A stretch of 35,751 nt of DNA from Dehalococcoidia bacterium (lineage in GTDB: Bacteria; Chloroflexota; Dehalococcoidia; DSTF01; JALHUB01), in assembly GCA_049511815.1 (NCBI GenBank), contig JBEKXP010000005.1:1-35751 (forward strand), read 5' to 3'. Within the stretch, counting starts at the first letter, position 1; every line of letters starts with the position of its first letter. Under the pieces are notes generated by a model. It ran no database searches, was not told the origin of the DNA, and was given only the letters and a program-made list of their open reading frames with translations. Of the stretch, positions 8,044 to 17,066 are shown in pieces. Made by a program: the position numbers and the translations under genes.

Positions 8044-9149
8044 AGCAATCGCCTGGCGAATCGCGAGTCGCGCGTCTCAGGGCAAGTCTCGAAGAGCTCG
8101 GTTTGGAGGCGCTCCTCGTGTCGCAGCCCGCGAACCGGCACTATCTCTCCGGCTTCACCGGCTCCGCGGGATACCTGCTGGTCAGCCACGACGAGACGCG
8201 CATCGCCACGGACTTCCGTTATTTCGAGCAGGCAGCGAAGCAGGCGCGCGACTTCAGTCTCCAGCCTGTCGCCGGAACCGCCTTCGAGACGTGGCTGCCC
8301 GGCCTCCTCAACGGCCTCGGCGGCGGGAAGGTCGGCTTCGAGGCGTCTCACCTGCCTTACGCCACGTTTGAGCAGATGACCGCGGTCGTTCGCGCGCTTC
8401 CGCAGGGCGAACGGCCGCATCTCGTGCCCACCATCGACGTCGTGGAGACGCTGCGCGCCGTCAAGGAGCCTGCCGAGATCGAAGCCATCCAGGCCGCAGT
8501 CGATTTGGGCGACGCGGCGTTCGCGCAGCTGATGGAGCGCCTGGAGCCGGGCTGGACGGAGAAGCAGGCGGCGTGGGAGGTCGAGCGGTACATGCGCGAG
8601 CACGGCGGCGAAGCTGTGTCCTTCGAGACGATCGTCGCCGCCGGGCCGTGGAGCGCGATGCCGCACGCCTATCCCCGCGATGAACCGCTGCGCGAAGGCG
8701 AGCCTATCGTCATCGACATGGGGGTGCGCCTCGACGGCTACTGTTCCGATTTAACGCGGACAATCGTCCTCGGCAAGCCGGACGGCCAATTTCAGCGGAT
8801 CTATGATATTGTGTTGGGAGCGCAGCTTGCGGCCATCGAGCTCATCGCGGCGGGGATGACCGGCGAGCAGGCGCATCTCCTGGCGGAACGCTTCATCGCC
8901 GAGGCCGGCTACGGGCAGAACTTCGGGCACGGCCTGGGGCACGGCGTCGGGCTGGAAGTGCACGAGAAGCCGCGCCTTGGCCGCATGTCAGAGGACGTGC
9001 TGGCCGACGGCATGGTGACGAGCGTCGAGCCGGGGATCTACCTATCGGGATGGGGCGGCGTCCGCATCGAAGACCTGGCGGCGATGGAGAACGGCCGCCT
9101 GCGCGTGCTCTCGCGGGCGCCGAAGTTCGAACTGCAAGGGCGTGACTGA
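8034..9149 (+). CDS. M24-family Xaa-Pro aminopeptidase/dipeptidase
   Basis: Creatinase-like N-domain plus the pita-bread metal-ligand pattern (DMGVRLDGYCSDLTRT, GHGLGHGVGLEVHE, EPGIY...RIED). The start is TTG/GTG at 8034/8037. Confidence 0.8.
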   Translation: MVLKQSPGESRVARLRASLEELGLEALLVSQPANRHYLSGFTGSAGYLLVSHDETRIATDFRYFEQAAKQARDFSLQPVAGTAFETWLPGLLNGLGGGKVGFEASHLPYATFEQMTAVVRALPQGERPHLVPTIDVVETLRAVKEPAEIEAIQAAVDLGDAAFAQLMERLEPGWTEKQAAWEVERYMREHGGEAVSFETIVAAGPWSAMPHAYPRDEPLREGEPIVIDMGVRLDGYCSDLTRTIVLGKPDGQFQRIYDIVLGAQLAAIELIAAGMTGEQAHLLAERFIAEAGYGQNFGHGLGHGVGLEVHEKPRLGRMSEDVLADGMVTSVEPGIYLSGWGGVRIEDLAAMENGRLRVLSRAPKFELQGRD

Positions 9150-9718
9150 TGATTGAGACCGGTGATCTGAAGAAGGGCGTGACGATAGAGCTGGACGGCA
9201 CCCTTTACCAGGTGCTCGACTACCAGCACATCAAGATGGGTCGCGGCTCGGCGCAGGTGCGACTGAAGCTTCGCGACGTCCGCGGCGGCCACACAATCGA
9301 GCGCACGTTCCAGGCCGGGGAGCGCTTCACCCGCGCCCGCGTCGACCGGCAGCCGGCGCAATACCTCTACGCCGACGGCAACATCCATTACTTCATGAAC
9401 ACCGACACCTACGAGCAGCTCGCGATTAACGCCGAGCGCCTCGGCGACGCGCTCAACTACGTGCGCGAGAACGGCACCTGCGACATCCTGACCTACGGCG
9501 ACGAAGCGGTAGGCGTCGAGCTGCCTGCCGCCGTCGAGCTGAAGATCGAGCAGACCGACCCGTGGGTCCGCGGCGATACAGCGCAGGGCGGCACCAAGCC
9601 GGCGCGGCTGGAGACGGGGCTGATGGTCCAGGTGCCTCTTTTCCTCAACACCGGCGACACCGTCAAGGTCGATACGCGGACGGGGCAGTATCTGGAGCGC
9701 GCTTCAGCCAGCCAGTAG
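9149..9718 (+). CDS. efp: Translation elongation factor P
   Basis: Alignable by eye to E. coli EF-P (LDGTLYQVLDYQHIKMGRGSAQVRLKLRDV). The ATG overlaps the preceding TGA by 1 nt. Confidence 0.95.
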   Translation: MIETGDLKKGVTIELDGTLYQVLDYQHIKMGRGSAQVRLKLRDVRGGHTIERTFQAGERFTRARVDRQPAQYLYADGNIHYFMNTDTYEQLAINAERLGDALNYVRENGTCDILTYGDEAVGVELPAAVELKIEQTDPWVRGDTAQGGTKPARLETGLMVQVPLFLNTGDTVKVDTRTGQYLERASASQ

Positions 9719-9764
9719 AGATTTCGCCTACATTTCGCTATCTCCTGGATTTGCGAGATCCGCG

Positions 9765-11027
9765 ATGAGCATGCAGGTCTACTCGGTCAGCAGCATCACG
9801 ACGTACCTCCGCGAGCTCCTGGAGACGGATCCGCATCTCGCGGACATCTGGGTTAGCGGCGAGGTCTCCAACCTCTCGCGCTCAACCGCCGGCCACATCT
9901 ACTTCACGCTCAAGGACGCCGACTCCCAGCTTCGCTGCGTCTTCTTCCGCGCCGCGACGCTCCAGCGCGACCTCGCCTCGCTCGTCGAAAGCGGCGCGCA
10001 GGTGGTGGCCCACGGACGCGTCTCGCTGTACGAGGTGCGCGGCGACCTGCAGTTTTATGTCGACTTCGTCCAGCCCGAGGGCGTCGGCGTGCTGGCAATG
10101 GAGTTCGAGCGGCTGAAGGCCCGCTTGGAGCAGGAAGGGCTGTTCGAGCCGTCGCGCAAGAGGCCGCTGAAGCCGTTTCCGGAGCGAATCGGCGTCGTCA
10201 CCTCGCCCACCGGCGCCGTCTTCCACGACATCTGCGTCATCCTGGCGCGTCGCTGGCCGCTGGCGGAGATCGTCCTTGCGCCGAGCGCCGTTCAGGGCAT
10301 AGAAGCCGTGCGCGGCATAGTCGCCGGCATTGCGGCGCTGAACGACGAGCGTGACATGGACGTCATAATCGTCGCGCGCGGCGGCGGCTCTTTGGAGGAG
10401 CTGTGGGCCTTCAACGAGGAGGCGGTCGCGCGGGCGATCTACGCCAGTCACGCGCCCATCGTCTCCGCCGTCGGCCACGAGACCGACTACACGATAGCGG
10501 ACTACGTCGCCGACGTTCGCGCGCCCACCCCTTCGACCGCCGCAGAGCTCGTCGCGCCCGACAGGCACGCCATGCTCGCCGGGCTCAGCGCCCACCGAGC
10601 GTCGCTTTCGAACGCGATGCGCTTTCGCGTCGACGAGGACGTCGGCTGCCTTCGCGGCGCTCTCGGACGCATGCAGCATTGCGCCCCGCCTGTTGACCGC
10701 GAGCGCCAGAAGGTCGACGATGCGCTGCGGGTGGCCGGCACGCTGGTCGACACCGCGCTGGGCCGGAGCCGTGAGCAGGTGAGCGGCTTTCTGCTGCAAC
10801 TGCGCTCGCTTCACCCGTGGGCGACGCTGGCGCGGGGCTATGCGCTGGTCGAGCGGGAGGGAAGCGTAGTGTGGAGCGTGCGGCAGGTGAAGGCAGGCGA
10901 TACGCTGGACGTGCGCGTTAGCGACGGCGCGTTCCCGGCGGAAGTCGCGTCGAAGGCGAAGCCGCGGCGGAAGTCACGGCCATCGCAGAAGATGCAACCG
11001 GCTCTATTTCCGTCGGAAGATGCGTGA
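9765..11027 (+). CDS. xseA: Exodeoxyribonuclease VII large subunit
   Basis: OB-fold N-terminus (VSGEVSNLSRSTAGHIYFTLKD) and catalytic core (IGVVTSPTGAVFHDI, ARGGGSLEELWAFNEE) are present. Confidence 0.9.
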   Translation: MSMQVYSVSSITTYLRELLETDPHLADIWVSGEVSNLSRSTAGHIYFTLKDADSQLRCVFFRAATLQRDLASLVESGAQVVAHGRVSLYEVRGDLQFYVDFVQPEGVGVLAMEFERLKARLEQEGLFEPSRKRPLKPFPERIGVVTSPTGAVFHDICVILARRWPLAEIVLAPSAVQGIEAVRGIVAGIAALNDERDMDVIIVARGGGSLEELWAFNEEAVARAIYASHAPIVSAVGHETDYTIADYVADVRAPTPSTAAELVAPDRHAMLAGLSAHRASLSNAMRFRVDEDVGCLRGALGRMQHCAPPVDRERQKVDDALRVAGTLVDTALGRSREQVSGFLLQLRSLHPWATLARGYALVEREGSVVWSVRQVKAGDTLDVRVSDGAFPAEVASKAKPRRKSRPSQKMQPALFPSEDA

Positions 11028-11035
11028 GGAAGGCG

Positions 11036-11296
11036 ATGGCAGCAAAGAAGAGCAAGGAGACATTCGAGGAGCTGTACCGCCGCTTAGAGGAGACGGTGGC
11101 GAAGCTGGAAGAGGGCGGCCTGCCGCTCGAGCGTTCGCTGGCGCTCTACGAGGACGGCATGACGCTCGCCCGCCGCTGTCAGGAGATGCTCGACACGGCG
11201 GAGGTGCGCATTCGCCAGTTGCGGGAGACGCTGGCCGCGCCGTCGGAGGCGGAGGCAGCCGAGGAAGAGATACCCTGGGATGATGCTGAAAGCTGA
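11036..11296 (+). CDS. xseB: Exodeoxyribonuclease VII small subunit
   Basis: Sequence FEELYRRLEETVAKLEEGGLPLERSLALYEDGMTLARRC matches the family. SD GAGGAAGG precedes the ATG at 11036; an alternative GTG exists at 11024. Confidence 0.85.
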   Translation: MAAKKSKETFEELYRRLEETVAKLEEGGLPLERSLALYEDGMTLARRCQEMLDTAEVRIRQLRETLAAPSEAEAAEEEIPWDDAES

Positions 11297-11936
11297 CCTC
11301 CACCTTCACACCAACTTCTCGCCGGACAGCCTGATCACGCCGGAAGGACTGCTCACGCGTTGCCTGAAGCTCGGCATCAACTGCATCGCCGTCACAGACC
11401 ACAACGTGCTCGAAGGCGCGCTCATGATGCAGACCATCGCGCCGTTCCGCGTCATCGCCGCCGAAGAGATAAAGACGACGGAAGGGGAGGTGATCGGCTT
11501 CTTCCTGCAGGAACGCATCCCGTCCGGCCTCTCGCCCGAAGAGACGGTGCGACGGATCAAGGCGCAGAACGGCCTCGTCGGCGTGCCGCATCCCTTCGAC
11601 CGCCTGCGTCGCGAGCCGCTGCGCCAGGCGGCCCTCGAGCGCGTCCTGCCGCACATCGACATCATCGAAGCGTTCAACGCCCGCGTCACGATAGGCTCGG
11701 ACAACGCCCGTGCCGCCGCCTTCGCTGCCGAGCACGGCATGGCCTGCAGCGCCGGCAGCGACGCCCACTCGCTCGGGGAAGTCGGCCGCGCCTGCGTGGA
11801 GATGGACGACTTCGAGACGCCGCAGGAGTTCCTCGACTCGCTTAGGAAGGGGAAGATCGACGGCAAGTGCAGCTCACCGTTGGTGCACGCAATAAGCACC
11901 TGGGCCAAGCTGCGTCGCCGCGTCGTCCAACGCTAG
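11280..11936 (+). CDS. PHP-domain metal-dependent phosphoesterase
   Basis: Motifs ADLHLHTNFSPDS, AVTDHN, PHPFD and GSDAHS are present. Confidence 0.8.
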   Translation: MMLKADLHLHTNFSPDSLITPEGLLTRCLKLGINCIAVTDHNVLEGALMMQTIAPFRVIAAEEIKTTEGEVIGFFLQERIPSGLSPEETVRRIKAQNGLVGVPHPFDRLRREPLRQAALERVLPHIDIIEAFNARVTIGSDNARAAAFAAEHGMACSAGSDAHSLGEVGRACVEMDDFETPQEFLDSLRKGKIDGKCSSPLVHAISTWAKLRRRVVQR

Positions 11937-11961
11937 GCGCGCAGGAAACTGCGCAGATGCA

Positions 11962-11990
11962 TTGTGACGGCGCGACGCCGCTGCTATAAT
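11962..11990 (+). promoter_or_regulatory. Candidate promoter giving a near-leaderless mRNA for the Zn-ribbon gene
   Basis: TTGTGA (11962-11967), a 17-nt spacer, then TATAAT (11985-11990). The ATG is at 12000 with no SD. Confidence 0.55.
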
Positions 11991-11999
11991 GCCGACATC

Positions 12000-12395
12000 A
12001 TGGATGAGCCCTCTCGACGCAACGGTGAGCTCCTCGTCTGCCATCGCTGCAGCCGGCCGTACGACCCCGGCGACCGCTTCTGCCGCAAATGCGGCGCCTC
12101 GCTGAGCGCCCTGCCGGTCGCGCGCGACGACATGCAGCCGGTCGTCTGGCGCTCGCCGGTCCCGACGCTGGCCCGCGGCGCCACGGCAATCATCATCGGC
12201 ACGCTGGCGGAGATAATCATTCGGCGGGCGATAAGGATGGTCTTCCGGCCAACGTCGCTGCTGCCATCGCTGCGGCCGGACTCGAAGGCCGTGATCGAGA
12301 AGCCGGGCGAGAACGGCTTCGAACCGGACGCCGTAATCGAAAGCGAAGCGTTCTCGGTGCGACGCGTCCGCGTGCGTCGCAGCCGCGAAAGCTGA
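12000..12395 (+). CDS. Zinc-ribbon domain protein with one hydrophobic segment (hypothetical)
   Basis: CHRCSRPYDPGDRFCRKCG ribbon and the hydrophobic stretch ATAIIIGTLAEIII are present. The start is chosen from promoter geometry. Confidence 0.55.
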   Translation: MDEPSRRNGELLVCHRCSRPYDPGDRFCRKCGASLSALPVARDDMQPVVWRSPVPTLARGATAIIIGTLAEIIIRRAIRMVFRPTSLLPSLRPDSKAVIEKPGENGFEPDAVIESEAFSVRRVRVRRSRES

Positions 12396-12400
12396 CCCTC

Positions 12401-12429
12401 TTAGCAACTCCCTTCGATTGCCCTACAAT
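12401..12429 (+). promoter_or_regulatory. Candidate promoter of the pncA-like/NAPRTase pair
   Basis: TTAGCA (12401-12406), a 17-nt spacer, then TACAAT (12424-12429). Confidence 0.5.
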
Positions 12430-12462
12430 GAGGGGGAGTTCTTTTCCGCGAAGGGACCCGCG

Positions 12463-12987
12463 ATGCCCGACGTTGTCATCGTAGTCGACATGCTTCGCGG
12501 CTTTCTCGAGGAAGGTCGCGCCCTTGACTGCGGACCCAGCGCCCGCGCCATCGTCCCAAACGTCCGCCGGTTGGTCGAAGAAGAGCTCCGGCGCGGCTCC
12601 CACGCCATCTTCCTCGCCGACACGCATGACCCCGACGACAAGGAGTTCGCGATGTTTCCGCCGCATTGCGTCCGCGGCACGGAGGAGACGGAGATCACGC
12701 CGGAGCTGGCTGGCCTGGCGACGGAGATAATCCCCAAACGTCGCTACAGCGGCTTCTTCGGCACGAACCTGGAGGAGCGCCTGCGAGAGCTGGCGCCCGA
12801 AAAAGTAACCGTTTGCGGCATCTGCACCGACATCTGTGTGATGCACACCGTCGCGGACGCCCGCAACCGCGACTACGCCGTAGAGGTACCGGTGGACTGC
12901 GTGGCAACCTTCGACGACGAGGCGCATCGCTGCGCCCTGCAGCACATGGAGAAGGTGCTGGGCGCGAGACTCGTGAATCGGACTTAG
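12463..12987 (+). CDS. pncA: Isochorismatase-family cysteine hydrolase, probable nicotinamidase
   Basis: VVIVVDMLRGF, the catalytic Cys context VCGICTDICV, and adjacency to a NAPRTase-like gene support the call. The start is moved to the ATG at 12463. Confidence 0.75.
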   Translation: MPDVVIVVDMLRGFLEEGRALDCGPSARAIVPNVRRLVEEELRRGSHAIFLADTHDPDDKEFAMFPPHCVRGTEETEITPELAGLATEIIPKRRYSGFFGTNLEERLRELAPEKVTVCGICTDICVMHTVADARNRDYAVEVPVDCVATFDDEAHRCALQHMEKVLGARLVNRT

Positions 12988-13016
12988 CTGACAACGCGAC
13001 AGCGCAAGGAAGCCAG

Positions 13017-14012
13017 TTGGATAACGACGATTTCCCTATCCTGCCGTCCGTCCTCAGCGGCGACACCGCCGACGTTTACTTCATGCGCACCCGCCAGGTT
13101 CTGGAGCAGACCGGCCTCAATCCGCGCGCCGCGATGGAGTTCTTCCCGGCCCGCGACGGGCTGCTCTGCGGCATGCGCGAAGCCGTATCTCTCCTTCGCA
13201 GAGTCCTTCCGCCCGACGCCGAAGTATGGGGCCTCGAAGAAGGCCAGGCGATGTCGCGGAAAGAGACGATCTTACGCGTCACCGCGCCCTACCAGTCGTA
13301 CGGCATCTACGAGACCGCGCTGGCCGGCTTCCTGGCGCAGGAGAGCGCCTGGGCCACTGCCGCTCGCGAATGCGTCGATGCCGCCACCGGCGTTCCCGTC
13401 ATCAGCTTCGGTGCGCGGCACGTGCATCCCAACGTCGCGGCGGTGATGGACTACGCGGCGGTCGTCGGCGGCTGCCTGTCGTGCTCGTCCGTCGAGGGCG
13501 CGCGGTTGGCCGGCGTCGCGCCTTCGGGCACGATGCCCCACGCGCTTATCATCTGCTTCGGCGACACGGTGGTGGCGGCGCTCGCCTTCGACGAGCACAT
13601 GCCGCCCGAAGTGACGCGCACGGTCCTCGTCGACACCTTTCACGACGAGGCGGAGGAATCACTTCGGGTCGCCGCGGCGATGAACGAGCGCCTTCAGAGC
13701 GTCCGGCTGGACACGCCCGGGGAGCGCGGCGGCGTTACCCCGGACCTCGTGAAGGAGGTGCGCGCGCGCCTCGACCTCGCCGGCTTCCCCTGGGTGCAGA
13801 TCTTCGTCAGCGGCGGCATCACGCCGGAGCGCATCGTCGGGATGCGGCAGGAGGGCGCGCGCGTCGATGGCTACGGCGTGGGCAGCTACATCACCAGCGC
13901 GCCGCCAATCGACTTCACGGCCGACATCCACGAGATCGACGGCCGGCCGGTGGCCAAGCGCGGTCGCCTTCCGGGAATCACTCCCAATCCCCGCTTGAAG
14001 CGTTTGCTGTAA
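13017..14012 (+). CDS. Nicotinate phosphoribosyltransferase-like type II PRTase
   Basis: Motifs DVYFMRTRQVL, FGARHVHP, GTMPHALI, VRLDTPGERGG and VSGGI are present. A TTG start at 13017 follows SD AAGGAAG. The upstream part of the track ORF overlaps pncA in another frame. Confidence 0.7.
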   Translation: MDNDDFPILPSVLSGDTADVYFMRTRQVLEQTGLNPRAAMEFFPARDGLLCGMREAVSLLRRVLPPDAEVWGLEEGQAMSRKETILRVTAPYQSYGIYETALAGFLAQESAWATAARECVDAATGVPVISFGARHVHPNVAAVMDYAAVVGGCLSCSSVEGARLAGVAPSGTMPHALIICFGDTVVAALAFDEHMPPEVTRTVLVDTFHDEAEESLRVAAAMNERLQSVRLDTPGERGGVTPDLVKEVRARLDLAGFPWVQIFVSGGITPERIVGMRQEGARVDGYGVGSYITSAPPIDFTADIHEIDGRPVAKRGRLPGITPNPRLKRLL

Positions 14013-14142
14013 ATGGGGTACGATACGTCCCTAACTTCCACCCCGTAGCCTGGAAGCTGCGATAAAAGGCGCAAGGAAGCCGCCTCGGAGTTACTATCCG
14101 CGGATTCGGACCCCTTGCTCGCCGAAACAAGGAGCGTGCGGC

Positions 14143-15660
14143 GTGCGAAGCGGCGCGGCAGCAGCGCTGGCGATCGTGCTGGCTGTCTTACTCTCGCTAT
14201 CCGGCGGGCCGAAGGCGCATGGCTCGCCTGACCCGCTCATCCATGACGGCTTTGAGCCCCCTTCCGGCGTCGGCAGTTGGGTAGCAACCGAGGGAACGCT
14301 CGATACCACCTGCCCCCAAGAAGGCAACTGCTTCGCCGTCCTCTCGTCCAACGTCAACTCCATGATTCAGTACCGTGGACTCATTCCTATCCGGGCTTTG
14401 GCCGATTACGCGTTCTCCGCAGATATTCTCAAGAGTGGCCCAGAGATCCGATCCGTCCGGCTGCGGCTTGTCTGGCGAGATTCGAAAGGGACAATCTCTT
14501 CCTCCGACTCCCCCTCGCCGCGGGACAATGAGACGAGCTGGCAGTCCCTAACCTGGACCGCTTCTTCGCCTGAAGGCGCCGTCTTCGTCTGGCCCAAGCT
14601 GGTCGTGGAGTTCGACGGCAGCGGAACGGTCTACTTCGACGACGTCACACTCGAAGGCCCGCCGCCTTTGCCGCCGACCAACACGCCGGCGGCAACCGAC
14701 ACGCCTGCCGTCGCTCCGCAAGCTTCAACAACGCCGATGGTGACTGTAGCTCCGGCAGCGACAGCCACAAGAACGGGAAGCGCCACGCCGACGACGGCCC
14801 CCAGCGCCACGCCGACGACCGGTCCCAGCGATTCGCTGGTCAACGGTGGCTTCGAGAACGCCGACGGCAATGGACCGATCGGCTGGTCGAAGTACGGCGG
14901 CGATCTTCAGCGGAGCAGCGCGCACGCCCGCAGCGGGCAGTACTCCGGCGCCTTCAGCAGCAATACAACGTCGACCAAGTGGGCCTACCAAACGGTGCTG
15001 GTGAGCAGCGGCAGCGCCTACGACTTCGGCGGCTACGTCCTTCTCGACGATCCGGGAGTCGCCGAAGCCTACCTGCGCATCTCCTGGTACGCCAGCGAGG
15101 ACGGCAGCGGCACAGCTCTCGCCACGTCTGATTCCACGGCACACCTCAGCGGCCTTGACCCTTCGTTCCGCTTCCTGACAACCGACGCCGTCTTCCCGCC
15201 GGCGGACGCCCGCTCCGCCAGGCTCCGCGTCATGCTCGCGCCCCTGTCCGAGGCCCCGGCGACCATCTACATGGACGACGTGTCCTTTGGACCCGCAGTA
15301 CCGCCCGCAGCCGATACGCCCGCTCCGTCCGCCGCTTCCGCGCCCGCCGACGAGCCGCCGCAAAGCGACATCGGCGTTCCCGCTCTCATTCAGCGGGTGA
15401 CGAAGCCGCGGGCGACCGTCGCCGGGCAGAGCGTCATGCGCCAGGCGACGCCGCCCGCGAGCGCACTGACCCCCCATGCAGCCGGCGCGACCCAGCAGCC
15501 GAAAACTGCGGTCGCCGCAGAGGCTTCGACTTCTCCGCGCCCAACCTCCGACGACGCGCGACGCCGCATTCTCATCTCGCTTGCCTCCGGCGCCGTCGCC
15601 CTCGCCATCGGCGGCTCCAGCGGCCTTTTCCTTGCCCGTCTGAACACACGCCGCCTATAA
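14143..15660 (+). CDS. Secreted/anchored protein with two CBM4_9-like jelly-roll modules. A Pro/Thr linker separates them and a C-terminal TM anchor follows.
   Basis: A signal peptide (AAALAIVLAVLLSLSGG) is present. Both modules follow the pattern DGFE/NGGFE ... VYFDDV/IYMDDV. The PT-rich linker lies at about aa 175-225. The C-terminus is LASGAVALAIGGSSGLFLARLNTRRL. Confidence 0.7.
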   Translation: MRSGAAAALAIVLAVLLSLSGGPKAHGSPDPLIHDGFEPPSGVGSWVATEGTLDTTCPQEGNCFAVLSSNVNSMIQYRGLIPIRALADYAFSADILKSGPEIRSVRLRLVWRDSKGTISSSDSPSPRDNETSWQSLTWTASSPEGAVFVWPKLVVEFDGSGTVYFDDVTLEGPPPLPPTNTPAATDTPAVAPQASTTPMVTVAPAATATRTGSATPTTAPSATPTTGPSDSLVNGGFENADGNGPIGWSKYGGDLQRSSAHARSGQYSGAFSSNTTSTKWAYQTVLVSSGSAYDFGGYVLLDDPGVAEAYLRISWYASEDGSGTALATSDSTAHLSGLDPSFRFLTTDAVFPPADARSARLRVMLAPLSEAPATIYMDDVSFGPAVPPAADTPAPSAASAPADEPPQSDIGVPALIQRVTKPRATVAGQSVMRQATPPASALTPHAAGATQQPKTAVAAEASTSPRPTSDDARRRILISLASGAVALAIGGSSGLFLARLNTRRL

Positions 15661-15723
15661 TCAAAGGGAGAACTGCGGCGCATAAGCGCTGGAGGAGATA
15701 TCGTAGAGGAACGTCACGGCCAT

Positions 15724-16383
15724 CTGCGGACGGTCGCCATCGATGGCCCCGTCGCGTCGGGCAAGAGCGCGGTGGGCAGCCTGCTGGCAAGGCGCCTCGG
15801 TTTTCGCTTTCTGGACACCGGTGCCATGTACCGCGCCTTCACCTGGCTGCTCCTGGAAAGGGGCATCGGGCCGCAAGACGAAGAGGCGATCGGCGGCCTG
15901 GCGCAAGGGGTTAGTATGACGGTGAGCACGACCGCTGACGAGCAGAGCCAAGTCCACGTCGACGGCGTCGAGGTAACGGCGTTCCTGGTTCGGCCGGAGG
16001 TCGAGGCGAACGTGTCCGACGTGTCGCGGCTGTCCGTGGTGCGGGAGGCGATGGTGCGCATCCAGCGCGAAGAGGCGCAGCTAGGCGAAATCGTCGTGGC
16101 CGGGCGCGACATCGGCACCGTAGTGCTGCCGGACGCCGATCTCAAGGTCTACCTCGACGCCCCGCGGCTGGAGCGGGCGCGGCGTCGCTGGGAGCAGGCA
16201 CGGTTCCGCGGGGAGACCACCCTGAGTATCGCGAGCGTCATGCAAGAGCTGGAGCGCCGCGACGCCATCGACAGCGGGCGCGAGCTGTCGCCGCTGCGGC
16301 CGGCGGCGGACGCGCTGATACTACAGACAGACGGCCTCAGCCTGGAGCAGGTCGTCGAGAGAATACTGGCGTTGGCGCGGTGA
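15724..16383 (+). CDS. cmk: Cytidylate kinase; the P-loop lies upstream of the first canonical start codon
   Basis: In-frame VAIDGPVASGKSAVGSLLARRLGFRFLDTGAMYRA. The only ATG/GTG/TTG is the GTG at 15772, which follows the Walker A. A CTG at 15724 is the best-placed start. Confidence 0.8.
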   Translation: MRTVAIDGPVASGKSAVGSLLARRLGFRFLDTGAMYRAFTWLLLERGIGPQDEEAIGGLAQGVSMTVSTTADEQSQVHVDGVEVTAFLVRPEVEANVSDVSRLSVVREAMVRIQREEAQLGEIVVAGRDIGTVVLPDADLKVYLDAPRLERARRRWEQARFRGETTLSIASVMQELERRDAIDSGRELSPLRPAADALILQTDGLSLEQVVERILALAR

Positions 16384-17066
16384 AGTACGTCGTTCCCCTG
16401 TTCTACTGGTCGCTCCTGGCGGTCGTCAAAGCCGTCGTCTTCGCCTTCACGACCACGGAGGTCGTCGGCCGCGAGAAGTTGCCGCGGCAGGGCGCCCTCA
16501 TCGTGGCGTCGAACCATTTCAACAACGCCGATCCGCCGCTGCTGGGAGCGGTCATGTCGCGACGGCTGGTGTTCATGGCCAAGCAGGAGATGTTCCAGTG
16601 GCCGATAATTGGGATGATGGCCCGGCTTGCCGGCGCCTTTCCGGTGCGGCGCTTCGAGGCCGACCTGGGAGCTCTACGTAAGGCGGCGGCGATCCTCCGC
16701 GGCGGCGAAGTGCTGGCGATGTTCCCGGAAGGAACCCGCAGCAAAGACGGCAGGCTGCACGCGGCTCATCCCGGGACCGCGCTGCTGGCCCTTCGCAGCG
16801 AGTCGCCGATCCTGCCCGTCGCCGTCAGCGGCACGCAGAAGATATCCATTATTCGTCTGCCCCTGGATAGCCTTCGAGGGCGCCGCCCGCACATTCGCGT
16901 TGTCCTGGGCGATCCCTTCTTTCTGCCTCCGGTCGAACGGGTGACCGCGGAGGAGGCGCAGCGCTGCACCGACATCATCATGGGAAAGATCGCGGCGCTG
17001 CTGCCGAGCGACCAGAGAGGCGCATACGCGGAGGCCACATCGCCGGGAATCGAGAGGACGGGTTGA
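16380..17066 (+). CDS. plsC: 1-acyl-sn-glycerol-3-phosphate acyltransferase
   Basis: HxxxxD block (SNHFNNAD), FPEGTRS and an N-terminal TM segment are present. A GTGA overlap joins it to cmk. Confidence 0.85.
   Translation: MKYVVPLFYWSLLAVVKAVVFAFTTTEVVGREKLPRQGALIVASNHFNNADPPLLGAVMSRRLVFMAKQEMFQWPIIGMMARLAGAFPVRRFEADLGALRKAAAILRGGEVLAMFPEGTRSKDGRLHAAHPGTALLALRSESPILPVAVSGTQKISIIRLPLDSLRGRRPHIRVVLGDPFFLPPVERVTAEEAQRCTDIIMGKIAALLPSDQRGAYAEATSPGIERTG

Noticed and set aside
12666-13016. An N-terminal 117-codon extension of the NAPRTase-like ORF
   Set aside because: It overlaps the nicotinamidase gene out of frame and translates to Arg/Gly/Pro-rich sequence. A TTG at 13017 with SD AAGGAAG gives a sensible N-terminus just after the pncA stop.
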